A DNA stretch of 62,277 nucleotides, the filler included. It is 4 parts of 4 records of this genome, joined end to end, with 100 filler letters (N's around TTAATTAATTAA, not from the genome) between each part and the next. Parts side by side here need not be neighbours in the genome. Positions count along the whole stretch, not along the records: positions 1 to 28,078 come from DRR378314_1959; 3 more parts are not named here. One strand, 5' to 3'. A program made the translations under genes and the position numbers. Positions 11,578 to 22,315 of this stretch are shown here, piece after piece (position 1 is the first letter of the stretch; each line of letters begins with the position of its first letter). The notes below the pieces were generated by a model, which saw only the letters and a list, made by a program, of their open reading frames with translations, was not told the DNA's origin and searched no databases.

Positions 11578-14500
11578 ATGGCGCATACCCCGCAAGACGC
11601 TAAACCCCAAAGCTTACCTGCAGCGCAGGTTCAGGTTGGGATGAATATCATTCTCTCTGGAGAACCGGTGCAGGTTATCTCGGTACGTGGTTGTCTGGCA
11701 ACGGAACAGCAGGCAGTGGTCTTCTCGGTGGGCGCAAAACGTGTTTCGCTCAGCTGGAGGTGGAGCCTGCGCGCCAGGAAGCTGCTTTCTCAATGCGAGC
11801 GCCGCAAGTCTGTGCGCCCGAATCGCTCGCGACATTGCAGTGATTTGCCTACTTTCTTTCATTCTATAAGCCGGTTATATGCACATCGACTCGATGATTT
11901 GATCGCCTCGGCATCGGTGAGAATGTGTAGCTTTGCCCGAGAGCGCGCGGCGAATCCTGGTTCACGTACTGCGTGCACGCGCGTGTGCGCTTCGACGCTT
12001 GCGCGGGCTCCTCACCAGCCCGCAGCCGCGAAACTCCAACGCGCTTGCGGAGCCGCCGTCTCGCCGTGCGCATCTTTTGTTTTTGTTTTAAAAAATGAAA
12101 AGGGCGCTCGTTAGCCATTTCGAAGCCATGATGTTCGGACCAATCCATAATGCTAATGCGCAACTTTCTAATGTAGCAGTGAACGGGCGGGATCGGCTTT
12201 GCCAACTCTTGTGCTGTGAATGCAAGCTTCTCAGGACGCAGCTTGCCACTTCACTGCTGTTCTCGAAGAGTCTGCGTGCCTTTGCACCTTGCCTGTTTAA
12301 CCACCAGTTGCTCGGCTTCTCCCACACCGTTGCTTTGGCTGCAACAGACCCAAATTGAGCAGATTGCGCTCACTGGTCGAAATGTACACGGTGACGAAAT
12401 TCGTGCTGTTCTGGTCGGCGATGAAATGGTGCCGATCACGGACACCATCGCTGTCGTACGTTTGTATCTTTCATCGCGAGGAAACACAGCAGCTGCTGCG
12501 GGTTGTACCGTTGGTTGTGTAGCGTCACGTGCCGTTCGAACAAGCCCAGCTGCGGCTGCACGTGTGCACTGGTACTCTCTCGCAGCCTTTTCCCGCATCG
12601 ACGACGAAGCTAATGCTCTGTTCGTGTTGTTTGCGTGCATATTTCCCTGACGATGGATAGGCTCCTGAAATCAAGCCATGTACGTTGCAGTCGCGTGGCG
12701 TGAGCGCTACTGCTGCCTTTGTCGTTGCCTGTTCCGAAACCAAGCAGGCTGCTTGCGCGCAGACCGCTTCAAACGAGAGGCCTAAACACGCGCGTCATGC
12801 CGTGCTCTATCGCTCGTCGCCGCCCGCGAAACTCCTCGCGTGCGATGTGTATAATATACTTGCAAGTACAGACACTCTTTACAGCGCAAATGCGCTCTGC
12901 TGTGTTCTAGCTCTTCTTGTGCTGAACCCGTGCCGTTCTCTGTGCGCGTGCTACCGTTGGCCTCTGGCAGGCAAGACTTTCCTCGTCGTGACCGGCCCAA
13001 GCGCCGCTGGTAAAACGACGATGATTCGACGGTTTCTGCGTGACTACCCTTCCAAGTTTGCCTTTTGGTACGATACCCGGCATGGAAGAGGACTACACCA
13101 GTGCGCCAGTTCATGGTTGTTTCTCTCTACGTCCCAAAGAATTGTGTGCCATGTCAACACAGCTCCGGTTTCCCTCCCGTTTCGCGCACTCTCGCAAGAT
13201 CTGGGCGGAGAAGGGGCAACGTTGTGCCGCTGCGCTACAGGTTGCCCTCGCAGAACCAATTCGTAGCAGCATTTTGCCGGCGCACTGGCCAGAGTATGGG
13301 CCGTCCTCCGGGCCCTTTTTCTCTGGTCCGCGATCAAATCAAATAAGATCATTCGGCACTTGCGTTTTTCTTCGGCTGTGTCTCTATGCGCGGGCTGGTG
13401 CAGCGTCTCGCATACAACGCGCGAGAGACGAAGCCAGGAGAAGAACGGCGCAGACTACCACTTTGTCTCAGAGGAAATGTTCCAGAAAATGGTTCAGTCT
13501 GGTCGGTTTGTGGAATGGACGAAAATCGGGGACGTTTACTACGGGACATCGTACGTTTTCGCCGAGCTGCTCCCGGGATCAACCGTGTTTGCGGGCGGTT
13601 TCGTCGCACGGCCTGCTGATGTATCACTGACCCGCCAGCGCCACGGTGCGCACGCCTCCCTTTCCCAGCTCCCGGGGCCCTTTTTTGTGTTAAGCAGACG
13701 CAGCCTCTGTCACATTCCATTCTCTACATGTACTGTTGACAGCACTGCATAAGTACTAGTGCAGCAACTGCCATGATTGTTCTGCGCCGTGTACGCTGCA
13801 GCGTATAGCACATTCGCAGCTGTGCAAGCACACTCGCTGCTCGTGTGGATAAAAAGACGGTGCAACGGCAGTCGTGCGCAGCATATACTTACCCATGTAG
13901 AACCCGACTGATTACATGCGCTGCAGGTTTGACGCCGTGCGGAAAGTGCTACGAGATGGCAGAATATGCGTTATGGACGTCGACGTGCGCGGCTGCAAGA
14001 ACCTGATGCGCGATCTTCTCGACGAGGCACTGGACATCGAGCCTGTTTTCATTTATCTGACACCACCTAATGTACACGAGCTCGAAAGAAGGTGCGAAAT
14101 AAGATAGTAGCACATATGATCGTTTCGCGTGCAGCTGTATATACTGGTCATCGCCCTCTGCCTCTTCTCAAGAAGAAATGCGAGCGAGGCTTGGGCGTCA
14201 CCCTCGCTTTACGTTGTTCGATTGGGGTAATGGCAGCGACAAGCGATGCGCCGATTGCATCGGATGCTGGTGGCTGGTTTCGTAGCCATCTGCAAAAAGA
14301 GGCAGACGACATCTATCCCCAATGCTCCTTTATTCAGGAATGCACGAAAGTCGTTTGCTCGCAGGAAGGGGTGGCTCCATCTGTTTACGAAGCCCCGCTC
14401 GTTGCAGGTGTCCACCACGCTGAGTTTCTTGATGGCGGCACCGATCGCTGCTCTTCGCGCAGACTTGCATTGACGGGCTCGGAAACTCCTGTCAGTATTC

Positions 14501-16046
14501 TTCATAAGCTTGAGCGTGTAAAAGAGGAACTGGCGGAAATCGACACGAACCTCTTCAATATGGTCGTCAATGACGACCAGGATCGCTGCTACGATGAGCT
14601 GGTGCGGATGCTGAAGGAAGAGCTCGGAGATACGCCTCCGCTGTGCAAGTGGTACGTGCGCGAGTGCAACGGCGACTGTACTCTACGGGCTAGCGCCACG
14701 CGTGAAAAACTCTTCTCATTGGCAATATTTGGGTGGATGATGGCGACGTTGCGAAAGCCGGGAAAAAAGTGAAACATTTTTCCTCTTCCCTAATAATAGC
14801 ACCGCTATGTCGGTCTCGACCTACGGTCATGATGCATACATTTGTGCAGCGCAAGTGCATTTTTGGCGAGTGAGGACAAAATCATCACGGGGACGGTTGG
14901 GTTCAGTCAGCGCGCTTCAGGTATGCTGAGTATCCGCTTGCCTCAAAGGATCGCCGAACGATGTTGTCCACATGCTTGTAGTTCTTGTAACATGTACACC
15001 GATGAAGGGGGAATCCCGGAAGGCTTTCTCTGCGCATCTGCGCCGGGCTCATTCACGCACTCGCTACGATATCGTTGCACTCTGCCCGCTCGTACCCGGA
15101 CTCTGCCGCGGCAGCGCCTTCCTCTCTTCCTGACGGATAATACTGCATTGATGTGTGCTCCATTTCATCCAGGAGGGCGCATTATGTGCCGCATTGATCT
15201 GGGCGGGATGCGAGAGCTCCATGGCTCATTCATCGTCGCGCTCAAGACTGCGCTACCCGTTCACATCGCCGCGCAAGAACGGCGAGCGGGAAGTTTTGTG
15301 GTGCGTTGGTTCCCACGCACAATGTTGCTGAGCGCGTGGCAGCGCCACCGATGCTGGCGCACGAACACCTGTCGCAAAAGAAGATGAAAACGCGAGTACG
15401 AGCCTTGACATGATGGGTTTCGGACGCCAATGTGTGCTCGTGGGTATGCAGAGCGACCAAGAACTTGCGAAGCGGAACTCGTATTTCAGAAGATTTATAC
15501 ATCGCCACGGCAAAACGCACAGCAATGCAGATGGTACGTGTGGAGGGAGCGTGCGCCCTCTCTTCCGGAGCTGTCGTTCCGGTTGCATGCAGCTACCAGA
15601 CAGCTATCTTGAGAGGCGCGGTAGGAGTCGGAAACTTTGCCACTTAGTTCGGTGCGTGCAAAGTTAGAGCGTTCTCTGTCCTGCTCCTTTCTGAAAGGAC
15701 TGCATCGTCGGCGTGTGATGCCTTGAGGTGCGCGGCGTTTCGCAGGCGCTTCAGCGCTCTCGGTGCCTGGTTCACGCCCGAGCCTGATGTTTGTTTTTTT
15801 TTCGCTGTTTGCGCTCTCGGACCTACTGCTGGCACTTGATCTACAGATGGTCTTGCGATCATTGCAGAATTTGAGCACAAGACGAATATGAGCGATGTTT
15901 TGGCAGAAGAAGTGCTTGTTGATGGCATTGCCAAAGTCGATCACCTCGTGGGAAAGCGCGTAGTACTGATGCGCGAGTACGTCCATACGCAGGGGCAGTC
16001 GGTGGTACCCGGGGCCCTCGCTGAGGGCATTTTGGAGTGGATTTGA
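11578..16046 (+). CDS. Guanylate kinase fused to an N-terminal eIF5A/EF-P-N-like domain and a C-terminal degenerate Cu/Zn-SOD-like domain; 11 exons (11578-11682, 12348-12455, 12661-12679, 12971-13067, 13404-13550, 13927-14091, 14463-14651, 14850-14920, 15173-15300, 15452-15533, 15847-16046), about 436 aa
   Basis: The GK core is clear: P-loop GPSAAGKTT, VSHTTR...E.NG.DYHFVS, FVEW...YYGTS, ICVMDVDVRG, VVNDD. The flanking exons join in phase through canonical GT-AG introns, and the exon total of 1311 nt is divisible by 3. The identities of the flanking domains are by-eye inference. Confidence 0.75.
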
Positions 16047-16838
16047 AGCAACGATTGTCACCCCGGACGCACAATCATCAGATGCAGCTGTTCGTGCGCG
16101 ATCAGGTGCACTTTTTGCTGCGAAAGTGTTTCTCGATGTGGCATCCGGTGCTCGCCGATCGGTGTGGGGCTCCCGCGCACGGCGACAGTATTGTCCGCTT
16201 GCGTCCATGAAGTTCGGGCGTTGTGGTGTCGCCAATTGATCAACGTTGGCCTCTGAAAGGATTCTGGTGCTGTACCAAAACGAAAATATACAACCGTTGC
16301 TTCAGGTTCCTTATCATAACGGCGCCGCCACGAATCTGTGTTGCGCTCGCACTGGGTCAGTCTTGCTGCGCGCTTGAGCTTCTCAGCACCCGAAGCGGCT
16401 GCGTGCAGCGCCTCCAGGAAGTTGTTCTTCGACCCTATCCATTTAACCTTGAGCACATGGGCAGCGCCCAGCCGCCACACGCTCCGCACGCCACGCCACC
16501 CACAGACTCGGCACGCGCGGATCGTGGTCCGCTGGCGGAAGGTGCGATCGTCCGCGCTACACCCTTGTGGTGCGTATTTGCTTCGCTACGAGAGAACCGG
16601 AGGCAAGCACCAAGAGTATTTGACTGGTTGTGCGCGCTACGTGCGCGCTACGTGCGCGACAGACGGCGCCCATAGCAGGACAGGTCCATTGTGCTCAGCG
16701 CGATCTCGCTCCCGAAGCGTCGTCGCAGGTAGCCCCTTGCGGCCAACCTCTGACCGGAGTTCGTACCGCGGTCAATCTGAACCTGTGCGTGTTTTCTCCC
16801 CCTTTTCCACGCATGCAGATCTTTTGCTGATAGTAGGC

Positions 16839-19704
16839 ATGAATGCGTGGCGCCGACTGGGTGGCATCACTACCGCGAACCGTCGGCTCGCTTCGTCGGT
16901 GCCGTCAGCCGCAGGCGCTGCAGCAGGCGCGCGCAGACGCCGTGTGCGCGCGTGGCCGCTCGCGCTCGCTCTATCAGGCGGTGTGGCCACGTACGTGTGG
17001 AGCGATGAGGGCGCGCAGCGATCGATAGTATTCTGGAGTCGCATGTTTCCTATTTATGCGCATTATCGTGCTACAGAGTTTCTTGTCAGCCGCTGGAGCC
17101 CGGAGGAGCAAGACGAGGCATACAGCAAGCTGCACCGCCGGTACAGTCATACTGTGCGTGACCTGGTGCTGCAGCTGAAAGGATTCTACACAAAGCTCGC
17201 GCAAGTGTGCTCTACGCGGGATGAGTTTATCCCCAAAGAGTATATGGAGTGGTGCAAGGACATGCAAGATCAAGTGCCTCCTGAAATGACTCCTGCGCAG
17301 ACCAGGGCGCTCGTCGAACAGGAGCTCGGTCGGCCGCTGAGCGATGTGTTTGTCGAGTGGGAAGACGTGCCGCTGGGCGCTGCCTCGATTGGTCAGGTAC
17401 GCTGCATGTTGTGCAGATGGTTGCGGCAGAGCGCATTCCAATGCCCTCGGACTTACCCAGGATAATTCTCGCATGCGCCTGAGTAGCTTCACTCGCGCGC
17501 AAAAACGGCGCTCCATTAAGCTTGGGTGTCTGCGCGGAGGGACTCGCGCTCCCGCGCGCAAGTGCGGCGGTCGACCCTGTACACAGCCATACGGCAGTCG
17601 CTAAGGGAATTCGGGGCGTGTTCGCAGCGCGGATGCAATTTTTGCCGAAAGCGATAGCACAGAAAATACGTAGGATCAGGTGTGTGCCACTGCTGTGATC
17701 GATTTCGCAGCGGAGACGTTTTCGCATTTCTTGATACAAATCGCCGCGTATTCGCTCGCTTCTTGCGCGTGCATGCGCTGCAGGTTCACCGCGCGCGGCT
17801 TCGCGACGGAAGACGTGTTGTCGTCAAAGTAATGTACCCGGACATTGAGCGCCGATTCCGCGCGGATATCAAGACAGTACTTGATTTCTGTGAGCTCGCC
17901 CAGCCGCAGCACGTGCCTGCCTTTCGGGAAATCGAGCGCCAATTCTTAACCGAGTTTGACTATCAAGCAGAAGCGAAGAACTTGGCGGAAGTGAGGGAGA
18001 ATCTTCGCAGTACTTGGTCGCACGCTGTTGTTGTTCCGGAACCGATGCATAGTCTTTGCACACAAAGCGTGCTCGTGATGGAGTACCTGGAGGGCGAGAA
18101 ACTTGTCGACGGTGTGAGATCGCAATTTGCCCGTCTCGCTGCGTTGCAAGGGCGAACGCTTGAAGATCTTGAGCGGGAGCAGAAGGAAAAATTGGAGAAA
18201 GGGATCCTACGACTGGAGACACCGGAAGAGGCCGCGAGGAGGACGAGGCGCACTGCGCTCCTTCTACGCGTGCTTGACACTGCAGCGAATGCAGCTATAT
18301 TGCTCTATAATGTTACACTCGGTCTCTTGTTTGGCGCAAAGGCGTACAGACGCTCTGAGATTCCGCTAGACTTGGGGAGTATCATGAGGACTCTGCTCGA
18401 GGTACACGCACACGAGATCTTTGTCGACGGCGTCTTCAACGGCGACCCGCATCCAGGGAATGTATTGCTGTTACCGGACGGGCGTCTCGGCTTAATCGAC
18501 TATGGACAGGTGAGTGCATAGTGCAGCGCTGCACTCCGTGAAACAATGTCACCTGTGAACAAATCGCGCGATCATCACAACGGTGAACGGCAAGTTCAAG
18601 TGAAAACCTCACTTGTGTTGTATGGATAACCTCTCGTGCGTTATCCTTTGAAGGCTAAACAAATCATTTGCTGCCGTAAGAACGCGCCGAAGTAGTTTCA
18701 TTACGCGGTGCTTGCACAGGAGAAGCGCGCTGATTGCCCACCAGGCAAGTTTGCCTTCTTGTGAGAGAAACAGGTGCACTTCAGAATGAACTGTCAGCAA
18801 AAACAAAAGTGTGGCAAGTTGCAACCGTGCACACATTCCATACGTGTGTAGTTGCCAGGCTGAGCTTTCGTGCTTCTGTTGCTGCCTTTTTGTCGTCGCA
18901 CAGGTAAAACGACTCAGTACCGAGCATCGCCGGAAATATGCGAAGCTGATCCTTGCACTCGAAGGGGGGAATGAGCAGGAGGTTTGCCGCCTCATGCGGA
19001 AGGAACTCGGGTTCCGCACGAAGCGCGATCGGGATGATATTTTGTTCATGTATGCAACATTTTGGAATGACTACGACAATGATCGCCTACGCGGAGGACG
19101 CAATGTTCAGCACTTTATGGAGTGGCTCGAAGAAGAGGATCCAATCGCGGTAAGCAATAGCGCCTTTCTGTTGCTGCAGTAGAGTCCGCCAAAAGTGCCA
19201 AATTTCTCCGTTCCAGGTTGCCCTCTTGTCACTTATTGCTTCGGAAAATCGAATGCACGAGCTCTACATCTTCCTGCTCGCGAATCGCCTTCAGTTGGCG
19301 CATGAATGGAGAGACGCTTGGAGTACGAGCTCCCCCTTCCTCGCCGGGGGCCTTTTCCGGCGAGCCATTCCGTAGACTAGCGTGCGTTCTATCCTTGGCA
19401 AAGATAGGTTTCCATTTGATTGTTGTGTAGTGTAGGACTGTATATTTATTTCTCAGTCGGCAGTTTCATTTTTTTCGCCGGAAGTTTGCAGCACAACGAA
19501 ATACCCGGTGGGTGCTCACGACTTGCGTTGTGCTTCTGTTTCTCTCGCTTGATTGTGCAGGATATGCCGGACGACTATGTGCTGGCGTCGCGCGTTTCGA
19601 TCTTGCTTCGCGGAGTGGGAAACGCGTTTGGCCTTCAAATACGAACGACCGATTATTGGGCACCTTACGCGCGTAGATTTCTGCTAGAGCATGGTGATGA
19701 GTGA
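16839..19704 (+). CDS. ABC1/ADCK/UbiB-family atypical kinase, probably mitochondrial; 4 exons (16839-17396, 17784-18509, 18904-19149, 19561-19704)
   Basis: Motifs LKGFYTKLAQ, PLGAASIGQ|VHRA, VVVKV.YP, EFDY..EA.N, LVMEYL.G and FNGDPHPGN...LIDYGQ; Arg/Ala-rich N-terminal presequence. Confidence 0.92.
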
Positions 19705-20180
19705 TGAATTGCATTCGGAAGCAGAGCAGTGCCGTTATTGTGGCCAATATGCGATGGAACGTGGCGCCCTCGCCCTCCCCGTGCTGGCGAAACCAAACCA
19801 AATCCATCCACCTCCGATGCAGTGGAGATCAATGTACGCAAGTATTAACTTGCCACAAGGGGACTGCTCTGGGACCAATGGATGAGACTGATTTATTCAG
19901 CGTACATGCCAGTACTGCCTCACCACGCGGCAGCACGTATGAGCCACTCGCCTTGTGACTCCGCACATTATTTTTTCACTCAACTCGGGCTTGCCTACCT
20001 ACCCCCACCTCTCAAGAGGCTTGGCTACGCAATCCAGTGCCCTGCATAGATCTTTCACATAGCCGCGCTCACTGCCTGCCGTACGAATTTGAGGGGAAGT
20101 TCTCGCTATCCACCAGCTCGCTCAAGGCGCGGGCTTGCGCGCTGCGCTGGCGAGCAGGCGGGAAGCACCTGCACCAAAGA

Positions 20181-20207
20181 TGGCCCACGCAATGATATTA
20201 AACCCTA
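20181..20207 (+). promoter_or_regulatory. Site II-like element (GGCCCA) followed by a telo-box (AAACCCTA), about 110-140 bp upstream of the orphan gene
   Basis: tggccca at 20181-20187 and aaacccta at 20200-20207. This pair is known from plant translation and mitochondrial gene promoters, but such short motifs could occur by chance. Confidence 0.3.
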
Positions 20208-20318
20208 GTATCCTAACTACGATGCCGCACGCGATCTCGCGCGCCCTCGACGGCGGACCCCGTAGATAGCGTGAGCGCAGACACGCAGCCTGCTTCGCGC
20301 GCTGGCCGGCTCTTTGCT

Positions 20319-21809
20319 ATGTTCTCGCGGCTCGTCGAACGCGCCCTCGGCGCCTTGCGCCAACCTGCGCGATCGTTTGCAACGAAGGCGAAACCTAAGA
20401 GCACAAGGTACGGTTGGCACGGGACAGTGTGCAGTGCAAGAGGGTAGTACGCACGACCGGTTGCCTACTCGTCGCTGCCCATAGCTGCGCGCCTGTGTCG
20501 CCCTCCATGCCGCTGTAGCACCGAGTAAGTCGCCGCACACTCGCAAGAACTGCCTCGAGCCTGCGGCGACGATTGCCGAGATATCCGATAATCCATGTCT
20601 TGACAGTGAATGATGTAAAATGCTCAATATAGAAACGGCTTGCGAGGCCTGCCTTTTGTAATCTCGCGCATCTCTTCGAACGCCCGTGGTTTGGTAAAGT
20701 GCTTCCCTCGGCGTTCTGGGAACGAGTCGTGCGCAAAGTGCTCCTTGGTGCCTGGCGATCCTCTATGCGAATCCGGATTCGCTGCCCTGCTAGCGTACGG
20801 CTGAACACGCGCACCCAAAGTCGGACGTAATGATTGTGCATAGTATTGCATGGAATCAATATGTTTCACCAATGACGAAAAAAGATAACGCGCTGGTTTC
20901 CGTGATGCGGTGGCGAGTAAGCGCGCGCACGTACACTGTATCCGCGCTGCGGACGAAAGGGTGTTTGTGACGGTACTCCGCGCGCGCTGACTCTTACTCC
21001 GTCGCGCGTCGTCTAGTTGCGGCCCGTGTGCGATTACGTTCTCTTCGTCTGCACCACGCGGCCCACTCTCGTTCTTGATCTGGTTTGAGCAAAAAGGAAT
21101 CGAAGCGATTTCTCTGTGATCCTTAACGCTGTGCGGAGTACGGTTCTGCTCAGCACGAAGTCGCTGCGTCGCCCCCGCTTGAGTCGCTGTAACGCAACCT
21201 GCTACGTACGCACTCGCGGCTCATACTCGTTGCAGGCGCAAGCGGTTTCGCCCCACCACAAAGCATCCTTTTCTCTACGTCAGCGAGAAGTCTGCCAACG
21301 CAGATCTTTTCGCAGGTATGGAGATGAAGCGACCTTCTTCGCTTGAAGAGCTGAGAAAGCTACCTGGATCCAAGTATTTTGCCAACGTACGTACCTTGCT
21401 TTCAAAACGGCTTGGCCACACTCCTTTGGACGCCAGCTGCGCGTGGTTCCGCACGCCACGCGGCGCGCGGGCCGAACTCTTTGCGCCGCTTCTCTATGTT
21501 CACGCGCTCGCCCCCAGCATTCCAATCCGGAAGCCAATGCATAAATCTCATTGACAGTGGGTGTACAGAGTATTTTTGGGTTTGGGCATCAAGTTGGCTC
21601 GTATGATACTGCTTGCCGCCGACGCGCAGCGATTTCGCGTGGTCCTGTGCTGACAACCTGACGCTGCCCGTTTGTTGCTTGCTGCTTTGGCGACTCGTTC
21701 GCACGCTGTGACTTTCCGCTTGCAGCTGAAACCACTGGACGAGACGCTGCGAGGCAAACCCCGTTCGCACGTCAGGCAGACAGTGCGAGGAGACAAGGAC
21801 AGCGCATAA
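20319..21809 (+). CDS. Small basic hypothetical protein with mitochondrial-presequence-like N-terminus; 3 exons (20319-20407, 21236-21386, 21726-21809), 107 aa
   Basis: MFSRLVERALGALRQPARSFATKAKPKSTR|RKRFRPTTKHPFLY...KYFAN|LKPLDETLRGKP...DSA*; donors GTACGG and GTACGT, TGCAG acceptors, consistent phases. Confidence 0.55.
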
Positions 21810-22315
21810 TGATATTGAATTGTGCCTGGCGCACGGGCGGACGTAAATCTACAGCTTTTGCGGGACGGAAGGAGGGGCGAGCGGGCGCACGCTGCTGGAC
21901 TGCTGGCTAGAGCGAACAGCTCGTGGAGATTCTGTCGTATGCGCGTATGCAGCCAGCCCCACGACAAGCGTTGGTTTCCCGTCCACGCCGCTTCACATTG
22001 CGGATATCCTTATTCGTCTACATGAAATGATAATACATGGTGAATGCTATCTCTGTGACACTTTTGGGGGGAGAAGCGGTAGAAGAGTATGTGCGCGCAG
22101 ACATCGGAGTTTGCCACTGCAACAGGGGGAGGCGAGCGACGTGTGTCCATGGAACCGAGGGCACACCATTGCCTGCTCTTAGGTCTTGCGGGCAGGAACT
22201 GCCTCTTCTCCCAGCTCGCAAATACAGCGACGAGCTCTACAACTAACATGGGTGGAATGCGAAATCGGTTCATTCATACTCGTGCAGAAAAAAAAAGCAG
22301 CGCGATATGCGTGTA

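Noticed and set aside
20198-20220. TAAACCCTA read as a telomerase RNA template or interstitial telomere
   Set aside because: Single copy with no supporting structure that I could verify; better explained as a promoter telo-box or chance.
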